Positions 37,747 through 46,237 of a stretch of 64,000 bases of DNA are shown piece after piece. The translations under genes and the position numbers were made by a program. The DNA is taken from NCBI GenBank assembly GCA_001816655.1, contig MHCP01000028.1, positions 30,309 to 94,308 of the forward strand, given 5' to 3'. Source of the DNA: Candidatus Woykebacteria bacterium RBG_13_40_15. Lineage in GTDB: Bacteria > Patescibacteriota > Microgenomatia > Woykebacterales > RBG-16-39-9b. The notes beneath the pieces were generated by a model. That model did not search any database. It was not told where the DNA came from and worked only from the letters and a program-made list of their open reading frames with translations. Each line of letters begins with the position of its first letter. Within the stretch, counting starts at the first letter, position 1.

Positions 37747-39219
37747 TTATAGCTCGCGCGGGCCATCATAATACTTCCAAAGAAGTGGATGGGCTTTTTC
37801 CGCGAGTTTAAACGCTTTTAGAATTGGCCGTTGGATACGATAGTGAGCACCGGCTCGCGTCCGAAGCCTAAATAAGTGATATGCTTCACGAAGATTAAAC
37901 TCTACCAACATTGGACGTATATGAGCACGAGTTAAAAGGTAATGCGCTGAGAAAGGAAATTTTTTCTCTATTTTATGATATGCAGCATCAACTTTTTTAA
38001 TAACCTCTCTAAAACGTTCTTCCCATCCCATTTCTCCAAATAAATCAGGAATTACGTAACCATAGTCTACAGACGGTGATTTCGTTAGGTAACTTTGTAT
38101 CCTATGTCTCTTGTATTCCCGGACAGTTCCGTAGTCAAAATCAAATTCAAAAAGATAGTAGGTTGCAAATTCTAGATCGCGAATAGTGGGATCATGATAT
38201 TTTTTTCCGGAAAGCGCTTTCTTGATTATTCTTTCTTTTTGCGTCTTTGATAACCTCCTTACTTTATTCTTTATTGATTCGTAACTTGCTTTTGAGTCAG
38301 CGTAAAGAAACGCTGATACAAATCTATCTTCTGCATCTTTGTCATAAGATAATAATTTAACAGCGGTTTCACTGCCCTTGATGACTAATTTTGGAGTGCT
38401 GAAACTTTTTGCTAGTTTTTCCCGAGTTTTGTCAACCTCGGACAAATAAGGGTTGTGGTCGGCGAATCTTACCAAGGTTGGAGTAATTTGGATAGCTTGT
38501 TTTTTTAGTATTTTACCTACTTCGATTGCCTCTTCGTAAGGAGAAGAAAGCAACTTTCTAAGCATATGTTCCATCGTTCGGGCATTTGCAGTCACACCAA
38601 CATTCGATAATCTCCCTGTGGTATGTAAAAATCTTGCATTGTCAGTAACTATTTTTTTAAGTCTTGCTAAATATCCTTTGTCAGTTTCGTTAGGTTTCAT
38701 TTTGCGTTCTGGAAATTTTTTAAGCGATTCTTCGCTTTTTATATATTCGAGTCCAGCTCCGACAAATTTTTCATAAGATTCAAAAAGCATATTTTGCGTC
38801 TCGCGATACAATTTGAGTAACTTTTTGTCTTTTTTGATATCTTTAGGGGTGTAGAAGTATCCAGGAGCGATTACTTGATATCGGGCTGACTGTTCCGTAA
38901 AAGAAGCTAGGCGATTATCGGTAACTTCATCAACTACAAGTGATGAAATACCCTCGCAAGCCAGATGATGAATCGCATGTTCAGCGACTGAGGAATGTCC
39001 ATAACCTTCTACAGAGGCTACCCACCTCTCATGAAAGTTGGCCGCTCCTTCTTCAGTCACTTCTTTTGCCATTTCATCAAAAGGGTTTGGAGACCTAGAG
39101 GTTCTTGCAAAAACGACTGCAATTTCCTCTTCTGTCAGTAATTCGTTTTTTGTCAGCCCTAAATCTTTTTTAATCTGGCCTGTCACGCCCATTGGGTAAA
39201 TTCTTCTTTTGTATTTCAT
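37747..39219 (-). CDS. thyX: FAD-dependent thymidylate synthase, tandem two-domain ThyX type
   Basis: YGHSSVAEHA, RLASFTEQSARY, second-domain KRHR, NLRE..H...LR....AH..I. Confidence 0.82.
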   Translation of the reverse strand: MKYKRRIYPMGVTGQIKKDLGLTKNELLTEEEIAVVFARTSRSPNPFDEMAKEVTEEGAANFHERWVASVEGYGHSSVAEHAIHHLACEGISSLVVDEVTDNRLASFTEQSARYQVIAPGYFYTPKDIKKDKKLLKLYRETQNMLFESYEKFVGAGLEYIKSEESLKKFPERKMKPNETDKGYLARLKKIVTDNARFLHTTGRLSNVGVTANARTMEHMLRKLLSSPYEEAIEVGKILKKQAIQITPTLVRFADHNPYLSEVDKTREKLAKSFSTPKLVIKGSETAVKLLSYDKDAEDRFVSAFLYADSKASYESIKNKVRRLSKTQKERIIKKALSGKKYHDPTIRDLEFATYYLFEFDFDYGTVREYKRHRIQSYLTKSPSVDYGYVIPDLFGEMGWEERFREVIKKVDAAYHKIEKKFPFSAHYLLTRAHIRPMLVEFNLREAYHLFRLRTRAGAHYRIQRPILKAFKLAEKAHPLLWKYYDGPREL

Positions 39220-39279
39220 ATGCCTCCATTCACATTGGGTCAGAAAATTTTTAAAAACGAGCTTGAGCAGTTAGAAGAA

Positions 39280-39822
39280 TCAGACTTGTTTTTCTTCCTT
39301 CTCCGTTGTCACCCGACCGCCTTGCCACTGACCGCGGTACATCGAACCTTTACCAGCTACTTCCCAAAATATAATGTGTAGTATTCTAGCTCCAAGTTCC
39401 ACAGTAAAATCCGCATTTCCCATATTTTTTAGGCCCACATTCAAGGGGCCTTTGTAACCTGGGGCAATTTGAGTGGTCAGAAGCCATACACCCGAACGCA
39501 GAAGTGTTGATCTTGGATGCATTGTAGCAACTAAGTAATCCGGAAGGTTAACATTTTCCACTGTCTGAACCAAATAAAATTCACCAGGTTTAACTGTAAA
39601 AGAAGTTTTCTTTTTCGGATCATATTTTGCAACGGAAGTGTGACTGACTGTTTTTCTTTTTTCTTCGCCGAGAAAAGTCTCTCCCTCTATTTTGAAAATT
39701 TCACCAAGCCGAAGATCCAAACCGGCACCCTCAGGATTTTCTAAATCCCGCTGCCCCAAATCCTCGACAAGATGGGTTTTTTTAATTAACTTTTTAATTT
39801 TGTCTACACCTAATGCTCCCAT
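39280..39822 (-). CDS. dCTP deaminase/dUTPase superfamily protein (paralog 3)
   Basis: GLDLRLG, PRSTLLRSG, IAPGYKG, YRGQWQG. Confidence 0.85.
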   Translation of the reverse strand: MGALGVDKIKKLIKKTHLVEDLGQRDLENPEGAGLDLRLGEIFKIEGETFLGEEKRKTVSHTSVAKYDPKKKTSFTVKPGEFYLVQTVENVNLPDYLVATMHPRSTLLRSGVWLLTTQIAPGYKGPLNVGLKNMGNADFTVELGARILHIIFWEVAGKGSMYRGQWQGGRVTTEKEEKQV

Positions 39823-39834
39823 ATTTTTAATTCG

Positions 39835-39917
39835 TAGCCCACTTAAGTGGTCGCAGTATCCAAGAGTACCTAAATAATCAAGGATTATCGAAGATTATTT
39901 TGTTACGTAGGATACTA
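39835..39917 (+). repeat. Dispersed structured repeat family A, copy 4
   Basis: TAGCCCACTTAAGTGGTCGC AGTATCC AAGAGTACC...GTTACGTA GGATACTA. Confidence 0.85.
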
Positions 39918-39938
39918 TCAACCAACACCTAAAGCCAT

Positions 39939-40424
39939 TTATGTAGATCCTTCCAGTTTACTTGGTTCTGGTTTTGTATGATCATACCTTGATCTGTAAC
40001 CTTCAACAGGACTGTCCACTTCTTCGAACAAAAGCTGGCAAATTGCCAATCCCGAACGCAAAAGAACCGGCTTTTTCGAGAGATTTTTCATAGTTAAAAT
40101 CGGCTTTCCTGAGTAGTTTGGTGGAAGCAGGTCGGCGTCAAAGGTAACTAAAATTCCAAGCCTGGCAAAACTCGAACGAGGAATAATCCTTGCCACCAAG
40201 TTGGAGGGCAGGGTGATTGTCTCGATTGGATTAGCGAGTAAAAATTCATCAAGTGAAAGGTGATAGTCTTGCAAATTTATTTCTTTTCCGCTGTCGGGAT
40301 TGAGCGCTTGGTTGCCAAGACGAAGATCCACACTGACAGCCCCAACTTGAGATTCGTCGTACGGATCGATTTTTATTTCCCCTTCCTTTACATATTTTTT
40401 AATAGTTTCTCCAGAAAGTACCAT
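39939..40424 (-). CDS. dCTP deaminase-like protein (paralog 2, degenerate motifs)
   Basis: SVDLRLG, PRSSFARLG, ICQL.FE. Confidence 0.85.
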   Translation of the reverse strand: MVLSGETIKKYVKEGEIKIDPYDESQVGAVSVDLRLGNQALNPDSGKEINLQDYHLSLDEFLLANPIETITLPSNLVARIIPRSSFARLGILVTFDADLLPPNYSGKPILTMKNLSKKPVLLRSGLAICQLLFEEVDSPVEGYRSRYDHTKPEPSKLEGST

Positions 40425-40429
40425 TAAAA

Positions 40430-41023
40430 TTACTCCTTTTTTCGACTTTTACTTGTAAACTCCTGAAAAAGTCTCGATGAATCTGGCGCTTTTTGTCCGG
40501 CGTACTTAGAACTTTTTCTTTGCGTATAGGAAATATCGACTGGGGAAGAAAGCGTTTCAAAAGTAAAAGAGCAAATTTTCATACCCGGATACAAAGCAAC
40601 TGGCATTACTCCAATATTTCCAAGCTCCATTACCGGTTTCCCGATCCAGCCAGGATCAAATCTAGCAGCTGTAGAATGAACTATAATTCCAAGACGGCCC
40701 AAGGAGCTTCTTCCTTCTAGGCGTGCTAGGACATCGTTTGCAAGTTCCAATTCCTCAACGGTTGTGGCCAAAACAAATTCTCCTGGCCTCATAATAAACT
40801 GTTCATTATCTGGGATTTTGATTTCTTTCATTACTTCGCTCGAAAGGTTGGGGTCTTTCGGATCAATATAGGGATATCTTGAATGGTCAAAAAGTCTAAA
40901 AGTGTTGCCTAGATAAAAATCTATTGTGCAGGGCCCAAGTTGTTTTGCTAAATCTGGTTTTGGTTTAATTTTTATTTTTCCGCTTTTTAAGTATTTGCGT
41001 ATGTCTTGGTCTGACAAAATCAT
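40430..41023 (-). CDS. dcd: dCTP deaminase
   Basis: MILSD, EGRSSLGRLG..VH.TA..FDPGW.G...ME, SKYAGQ. Confidence 0.93.
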   Translation of the reverse strand: MILSDQDIRKYLKSGKIKIKPKPDLAKQLGPCTIDFYLGNTFRLFDHSRYPYIDPKDPNLSSEVMKEIKIPDNEQFIMRPGEFVLATTVEELELANDVLARLEGRSSLGRLGIIVHSTAARFDPGWIGKPVMELGNIGVMPVALYPGMKICSFTFETLSSPVDISYTQRKSSKYAGQKAPDSSRLFQEFTSKSRKKE

Positions 41024-41044
41024 AAAAGCCCTCTTTGTGGATTT

Positions 41045-41073
41045 AGAATAGCACTAGTGTGGAAACTTGACAA
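41045..41073 (-). promoter_or_regulatory. Sigma70 promoter of the dcd-dcd-dcd-thyX unit
   Basis: TTGTCA-17-TATTCT. Confidence 0.6.
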
Positions 41074-41112
41074 TCCCTGAAAAAGAAGATTTTTAAGTGG
41101 CTCTTGGGGTAC

Positions 41113-41164
41113 AAAAAACTCTCCCAAACCATCCTTCGAAAATAAGAAGGATGACTTAAGAGAG
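41113..41164 (-). terminator. Intrinsic terminator
   Basis: 19-bp stem CUCUCUUAAGUCAUCCUUC/GAAGGAUGGUUUGGGAGAG, with G-U pairs on the minus strand only, followed by U6. Confidence 0.85.
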
Positions 41165-41690
41165 GACCCGAGACGTCGCATTGTCAACATGAACGCCTCG
41201 GGCTTGATCCCTCTCCGTTGGGTCTGCATCATTGGTCTAGGGGCCGCTATAAAAAAGCTGCGTGCCGACGTATCAACGCGCAATCGTCCTTAGAAAGGAC
41301 ATTTGCCCCCGACTCAAGTTCCCAATCAGCCACCACTACCGACTATACCTCCATGCGTCAGCAGCGGCTAAGGATATAGACTGGGAACACTAGCAGGGCG
41401 GGTCTCTTCCGATCTTCTTCTCCAAGATCGCCTCCTTCTTACGTTGCAGAAAAGGACACCCTCCGGTAAACATCAGTCGCTGTCGGTCCTACCAGGGATC
41501 TTAACTTTCCGGATTATCGTTTCTTCCCTTGACTCTCGGACGAGCCTTTCTCCAAGCGCGGGGCGCCCATTAGGAGTGGAAGTGCCCTCTCCGGACTACT
41601 TACGGACCGTTCAGCTCCCTCAAAACTATCTCATCAAACTCCGCTTTGTGACACAGTCTTGAGGGATACGAAGGGTATAAAATAATCTTA
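41113..41690 (-). ncRNA. Candidate large structured non-coding RNA (~570 nt), family unknown
   Basis: No credible ORF; GC-rich; more than 10 helices readable by eye; promoter upstream and terminator at the 3' end. Confidence 0.65.
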
Positions 41691-41757
41691 AACCATTATA
41701 TAACACTAATGCAAGTTTTTGGTTGTAAGGTACCCTTTTTACGGAAATTATTATACA

Positions 41758-41915
41758 CGCTATTATGTAGCTGGCGTCTTAAAACTTGCAAAAATGTGAG
41801 AGAAACGGAAACTGACCGAAGAGAATTTCCGAGGCTCCCGAAACATTTTTGTTTAGTTTTACAGCCAGCGAAGTTTAGCGGAAGTTTTGGTACCACCTTT
41901 CCAAAAAGGTGGTAA
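41758..41915 (+). repeat. Dispersed structured repeat family B, copy 2
   Basis: Similar to 15463-15627, with compensatory stem changes. Confidence 0.9.
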
Positions 41916-42097
41916 TAAAGATTTTAAACACTCGGCAATCTATAGATTTTCACACGCTGGATAGTCCAGGTGTATGCTTCCTCAATTTCAAAATACTTCG
42001 ATATTTATTGAATCAAAAACAACCCCTCGCTTGTTGCAAATTTTAGAAATTTATGCTAAAAAAGGAGCGACTGGCCAGGGCTGAAAAGGAGGCAGCC

Positions 42098-42370
42098 ATG
42101 GTTACTATGTGCAAGGTGCCGACTGGCACCGAAGACACACTTCTTGCGGGACTGGGAGAGCTGGGAAAGGAGGTCGAGATAGCGGTCGCTACAGGAAGGC
42201 TAAACACAGAGAAGGGTATCACTGACGCCCTACGGGATGGCACAGTGCCAATAGCCGTAAGGCACCGAGTAGACGGCGTTCTTCCTCCGGAAAAGGCAGA
42301 GGCAATCAGAGCCTGGAGGAAGGAAGTCGAAGCAAGACTTCTTGGAGGAATTGGGATTGAGCGACCATAA
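42098..42370 (+). CDS. Hypothetical protein (GC-rich orphan)
   Basis: AAAGGAGG SD; downstream hairpin at 42391-42435. Confidence 0.6.
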   Translation: MVTMCKVPTGTEDTLLAGLGELGKEVEIAVATGRLNTEKGITDALRDGTVPIAVRHRVDGVLPPEKAEAIRAWRKEVEARLLGGIGIERP

Positions 42371-42450
42371 CACACCTGGCCAGTTCAAGTAGCGGCCTTG
42401 CTTCGCATGGAATGCGCAAACGGAGCAGGGCCGCTCAACTATTTACAAGA

Positions 42451-44421
42451 TTAATTCGTTGTTGGAATAGTCCAACTGGCCCATTTACATTTTGGATAAC
42501 TCGAACAGCCGTAGAAAATTCTTCCTTTTCTCGTCTTTCGAACTACTATATCAGAACCGCATTTTGGACATTTCATCCCAAGTTTTTGCACCTCTTCTTC
42601 TTTTTTCTTCTGCTCCTCTGTCTCAAACGGTTCTGTGTATTTGTGTTCAGGATATTTTTCACAGGCTAAAAATTTACCAAAACGGCCGTAGCGAATAACC
42701 ATATTGTGGCCTTCCGGGCATTTTTTATCTACTCTTTCAACCGCAATCTTCACTCTTTCCGCTCCTTCCGAAACGTCATTTAAGTGCGACGCAAAGGGTT
42801 CATAAAATTCACGTATTACAGGAACCCATGGAATTTTCCCATCTGCGATTTGGTCAAGTTCATCCTCCATCTTGGCTGTAAATTCGACATTGATAATTTT
42901 TGGGAAATTTTTAACGAGAAAATCGCTCACAGCAATCCCAAGTGGAGTTGGCACAAGTTTGCGCTCTAAAAGCTCAATATAAAGTCTCTCTATAATTGTT
43001 GAAATAATCGGTGCGTAAGTACTTGGCCTCCCAATACCATCCTCTTCCAAGGCTTTTATTAAAGACGCTTCTGTGTAACGGGGCGGGGCTTCTGTAAAAT
43101 GTTGGTTTGGAGTAAGCTTCAAAAGATTTAGCTTTTCCCCTACCCCTAGAAGTGGAACCGGTACTTCTTCTTCTTTTTCGCCATAAACTTTTTGCCAGCC
43201 TGGAAATTTAACCTCTGAGCCAGAAGCTCTAAACAAATATTTTTTGGCGGAGATATCGAGTGAAACTTGATTGTAAGCGGCATCGGCCATCTGACAGGCC
43301 ACAAATCTTTTCCAAATCAAGTCATAAAGTTTTTGATGGTCCTTCCCTAAGTTCTTAATTATTGATTCTTCACTACCCATGCCAACGTTAGTCGGTCGAA
43401 CGGCCTCATGTGCTTCTTGCGCCACCTTACTTTTTGTTTTGTAGATTCTAGCTTGTGCAGGCAAAAATTTATCGCCGAAGTTTTTATTTATAAACTCCCT
43501 TGCGTTGTTAATTGCGCTAGCCGAAATATTGAAAGAATCTGTTCGGTGATATGTTATTAATCCTTCCTCGTAGAGATCTTGGGCTAGTTTCATGGTTTTC
43601 TTAGAGCTAAAGCCCAGATTATAAGAAGCACTCTGAGTCATTGTTGAGGTAGTAAAAGGCGGATAAGGACTCTTTTTAACTTCCTTTTGTTCCGCTTTTG
43701 AAACAATCCATTGGGTATCTTTGTTATCCAAATCAGAGACAATTTCATCTCCCCTCTTCCCATTTTTTATTTCCGCTTTCTCACCATCAATTTTAATTAA
43801 ACTTGCTTCAAATTCTTCTTTTTTTTGACTTCGGAGTATTGCTTCAATGCTCCAGTATTCATCAGGTTTAAATGCTTCTATTTCCCGTTCGCGCTCAACA
43901 ATCAAACGCAGTGCGATAGACTGCACTCTACCAGCGGATAGGCCTTTTTTCACTTTAAACCAAAGAAGTGGCGATAGTTTGTAGCCAACTAACCTGTCTA
44001 GAATACGGCGTGCCACTTGGGCGTCTACGAGTTTTAAATCTATGCCCCTCGGGCTCTTCAGTGCCTCGAGAATGGCCTCTTTAGTTATTTCATGGAAAAC
44101 AATACGCTTTGCTTTATTTTTCCCGTCTACTGCCATTTCATGAATGTGCCAAGCTATTGCCTCCCCTTCTCTATCTGGATCTGTTGCTAAAATAACCTCT
44201 TTTGCCTTTTTTGCCAGGTCTTTTAGGCGTTCAACTGTTTTTCTTTTGTCGCGCGGAATTACATAAGAAGGCTCAAAGTTTTTATCGATATCCACTCCAA
44301 TTTTCGACTTAGGCAAATCTCTAACATGGCCCATCGAAGCTTCAATCTTAAAGTCCTCTCCCAAAAAACGGGAGAGAGTTTTGGCTTTTGTTGGACTCTC
44401 AACAATAATTAATTTTTCCAT
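42451..44421 (-). CDS. topA: DNA topoisomerase I
   Basis: IVESPTKAKT, ATDPDREGEAI, SAGRVQS, ITYHRTDS, GIGRPSTYA, C-terminal Zn ribbons. Confidence 0.98.
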   Translation of the reverse strand: MEKLIIVESPTKAKTLSRFLGEDFKIEASMGHVRDLPKSKIGVDIDKNFEPSYVIPRDKRKTVERLKDLAKKAKEVILATDPDREGEAIAWHIHEMAVDGKNKAKRIVFHEITKEAILEALKSPRGIDLKLVDAQVARRILDRLVGYKLSPLLWFKVKKGLSAGRVQSIALRLIVEREREIEAFKPDEYWSIEAILRSQKKEEFEASLIKIDGEKAEIKNGKRGDEIVSDLDNKDTQWIVSKAEQKEVKKSPYPPFTTSTMTQSASYNLGFSSKKTMKLAQDLYEEGLITYHRTDSFNISASAINNAREFINKNFGDKFLPAQARIYKTKSKVAQEAHEAVRPTNVGMGSEESIIKNLGKDHQKLYDLIWKRFVACQMADAAYNQVSLDISAKKYLFRASGSEVKFPGWQKVYGEKEEEVPVPLLGVGEKLNLLKLTPNQHFTEAPPRYTEASLIKALEEDGIGRPSTYAPIISTIIERLYIELLERKLVPTPLGIAVSDFLVKNFPKIINVEFTAKMEDELDQIADGKIPWVPVIREFYEPFASHLNDVSEGAERVKIAVERVDKKCPEGHNMVIRYGRFGKFLACEKYPEHKYTEPFETEEQKKKEEEVQKLGMKCPKCGSDIVVRKTRKGRIFYGCSSYPKCKWASWTIPTTN

Positions 44422-44541
44422 AAAAACAGCTTATTGTAGTTAATCAGAAAACAAATGAGAAAGTCAAATGGGAAATGGCAAGGGCAGGACACCATCCAAG
44501 CTACTCCGTAGATGGTGTCCTTAAACCCTCTCCATTTGCTC

Positions 44542-44883
44542 CTACTGCTTCGAGGCCTCCTTCTCCCGGGTCACTTCCTCATCGAGGTATCGGGCAATCT
44601 CCTGAAGAGCCGCCTCTCTTTCCGTACCACGGAGACGTGCAACGGAGAATTTCAGTTGGCCACTCGAGGAAGCGAGTCGTTCGAGTTTACCCAAACAGGG
44701 TTTTAGCTGCAGAATACCCTCCGCGAGGATGCCAAGCGCTGCACCACTTCTCTTCTCGGCCGGAATAGTTCTGGGAAACTGTATCTCCAGAACCCAGGAA
44801 AGCTTCAGTACTCGAAGTACAATCCCCCGCTTACTAGTCAAGAGCTCGTGGTTGCCTATTCTCCTAATGGAATATGGCCGCAT
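44542..44883 (-). CDS. Hypothetical protein (GC-rich orphan)
   Basis: AGGAGG SD before the ATG at 44883; downstream hairpin GGACACCATC...GATGGTGTCC. Confidence 0.55.
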   Translation of the reverse strand: MRPYSIRRIGNHELLTSKRGIVLRVLKLSWVLEIQFPRTIPAEKRSGAALGILAEGILQLKPCLGKLERLASSSGQLKFSVARLRGTEREAALQEIARYLDEEVTREKEASKQ

Positions 44884-44979
44884 GGAACTCCCTCCTATTT
44901 CTTGGGCAACTGCCGAATAGATCAATTATCTTCCTTAAAGCAGACATTATTTTAACATAGTAGAAAAAGCAAAATGTTA

Positions 44980-46236
44980 TTAGCTAAGGTCAGGAGGACT
45001 TTCAGGAGGGTTTTGAGGAGGATTTAAAGTATTCGAAATTGCTTCTTTCAACTTCCCTTTCCTTTTCTCCCATATAACTAAAATAGCGATTAACGCTAGG
45101 ATTGCTACAACTACAAAGGCTGGTAAAGCTACTCTCAATATCCCTTGTAAACTTACTTCGCCAGCAAAAGCTGTAACCTGATACTCCTGCCGGCTCTTCG
45201 AAGCTTTTACGTCGATTTCTGCACCAAAAGTCTCTTCTCCAGATGTTAAATTTACCCCATGCTTACCTAAAGAGATGTCTTCAAATTTTACTATTCCTTC
45301 TTTGTCCGTAGTCGCTTCCTCCAAACCAGGATAAATCTTCACTTTTATTCCGGAGAGAGGTTTACCGGCTGGATCGGAGACTTTTATTTGGATAGAATAA
45401 CCCTTTGTTTTGAATGATAAAATTTTGCTAGTCGCGGCGTTGCCAGCCTCATCTGCACTTATAACTTTATAATAGTAAGTGGTCCCTGGAACAAGAAAAT
45501 TGCCGGAAAGATTGATAACTTGGCTAGTTCTTAATCCTCCGTTTGAGGCAGAAAGGCCAAGATTCTGGGAAATACCATAATTAACAGTTGAATTTGCTGG
45601 TTCATTGGTCTTCCAAGAAATTGTCGCCGAATTTAAACCAGGCTTGCTAACTTTTATATTTGAAATTACCGGGGCAGTCTTATCAACTGGTTTGGGGGTA
45701 GATGTAGATGTTACCGGGGCAGTCTTATCAACTGGTTTGGGGGTAGATGTAGTAGATGTAAAGCTGTAAGTTCCACCGCTTGATCCTGTCATTATGTTTA
45801 TTCCGTCATTAACTATTGCTGAGCCTCCTGAAAAAGAGACCGTGGCCAAGCCCGAGGAAACCTTGGCTCTGAAAGTCAGTGTTGCCAGTAGCTTGTCTCC
45901 AACTACCGGGCTTAAGGTTCCTCGACTGATTGTTATTGAACCTCCCCCACCACTACTTGGTGCTTCTATCTCGAATGCACTACCTGCTGAACTAATGCCA
46001 AGAAAATCCAATGAAGCTGTGGGATAAGTAAGGTTTGCTGTTACAGCGTTCGCGGGAGTTCCTCCCGTGTTAACTCGCACAGAAACAGAAAATGTTGCTC
46101 CTTGGACGACTGTAGCTGAGCCTGGTGACAAATAGAGACTGCCTCCAGCAAAAACTTTTGAAAGAGGGGCCAATGGGAAAATTAAAATTATAGAAACTAA
46201 ACCTGCTATTAACAACTTGGGCAGCTGTTTTATCAT
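44980..46236 (-). CDS. Membrane-anchored cohesin-domain protein (signal peptide, cohesin, FN3-like, Ig, C-terminal TM)
   Basis: SLYLSP...FSVSVRVNT...NAV.ANLTY...L.F...LATLTFRAK cohesin pattern; TM followed by KRKGK. Confidence 0.75.
   Translation of the reverse strand: MIKQLPKLLIAGLVSIILIFPLAPLSKVFAGGSLYLSPGSATVVQGATFSVSVRVNTGGTPANAVTANLTYPTASLDFLGISSAGSAFEIEAPSSGGGGSITISRGTLSPVVGDKLLATLTFRAKVSSGLATVSFSGGSAIVNDGINIMTGSSGGTYSFTSTTSTPKPVDKTAPVTSTSTPKPVDKTAPVISNIKVSKPGLNSATISWKTNEPANSTVNYGISQNLGLSASNGGLRTSQVINLSGNFLVPGTTYYYKVISADEAGNAATSKILSFKTKGYSIQIKVSDPAGKPLSGIKVKIYPGLEEATTDKEGIVKFEDISLGKHGVNLTSGEETFGAEIDVKASKSRQEYQVTAFAGEVSLQGILRVALPAFVVVAILALIAILVIWEKRKGKLKEAISNTLNPPQNPPESPPDLS
45666..45752. 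repeat. 45-bp in-frame tandem duplication (TSTPKPVDKTAPV x2)
   Basis: Exact 42-bp repeat at 45666 and 45711. Confidence 0.9.
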
Positions 46237-46237
46237 T

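Noticed and set aside
41020-41283. 87-aa ORF, and 41444-41662 (+), as real genes
   Set aside because: No SD, no recognisable protein features; the first runs through a terminator and a promoter.
41300-41520. Functional group I intron
   Set aside because: P7/J8-7-like words are present, but with a U-U mismatch. There is no convincing P3, a competing 8-bp helix exists, and no host gene is interrupted. Kept only as a note under the ncRNA finding.
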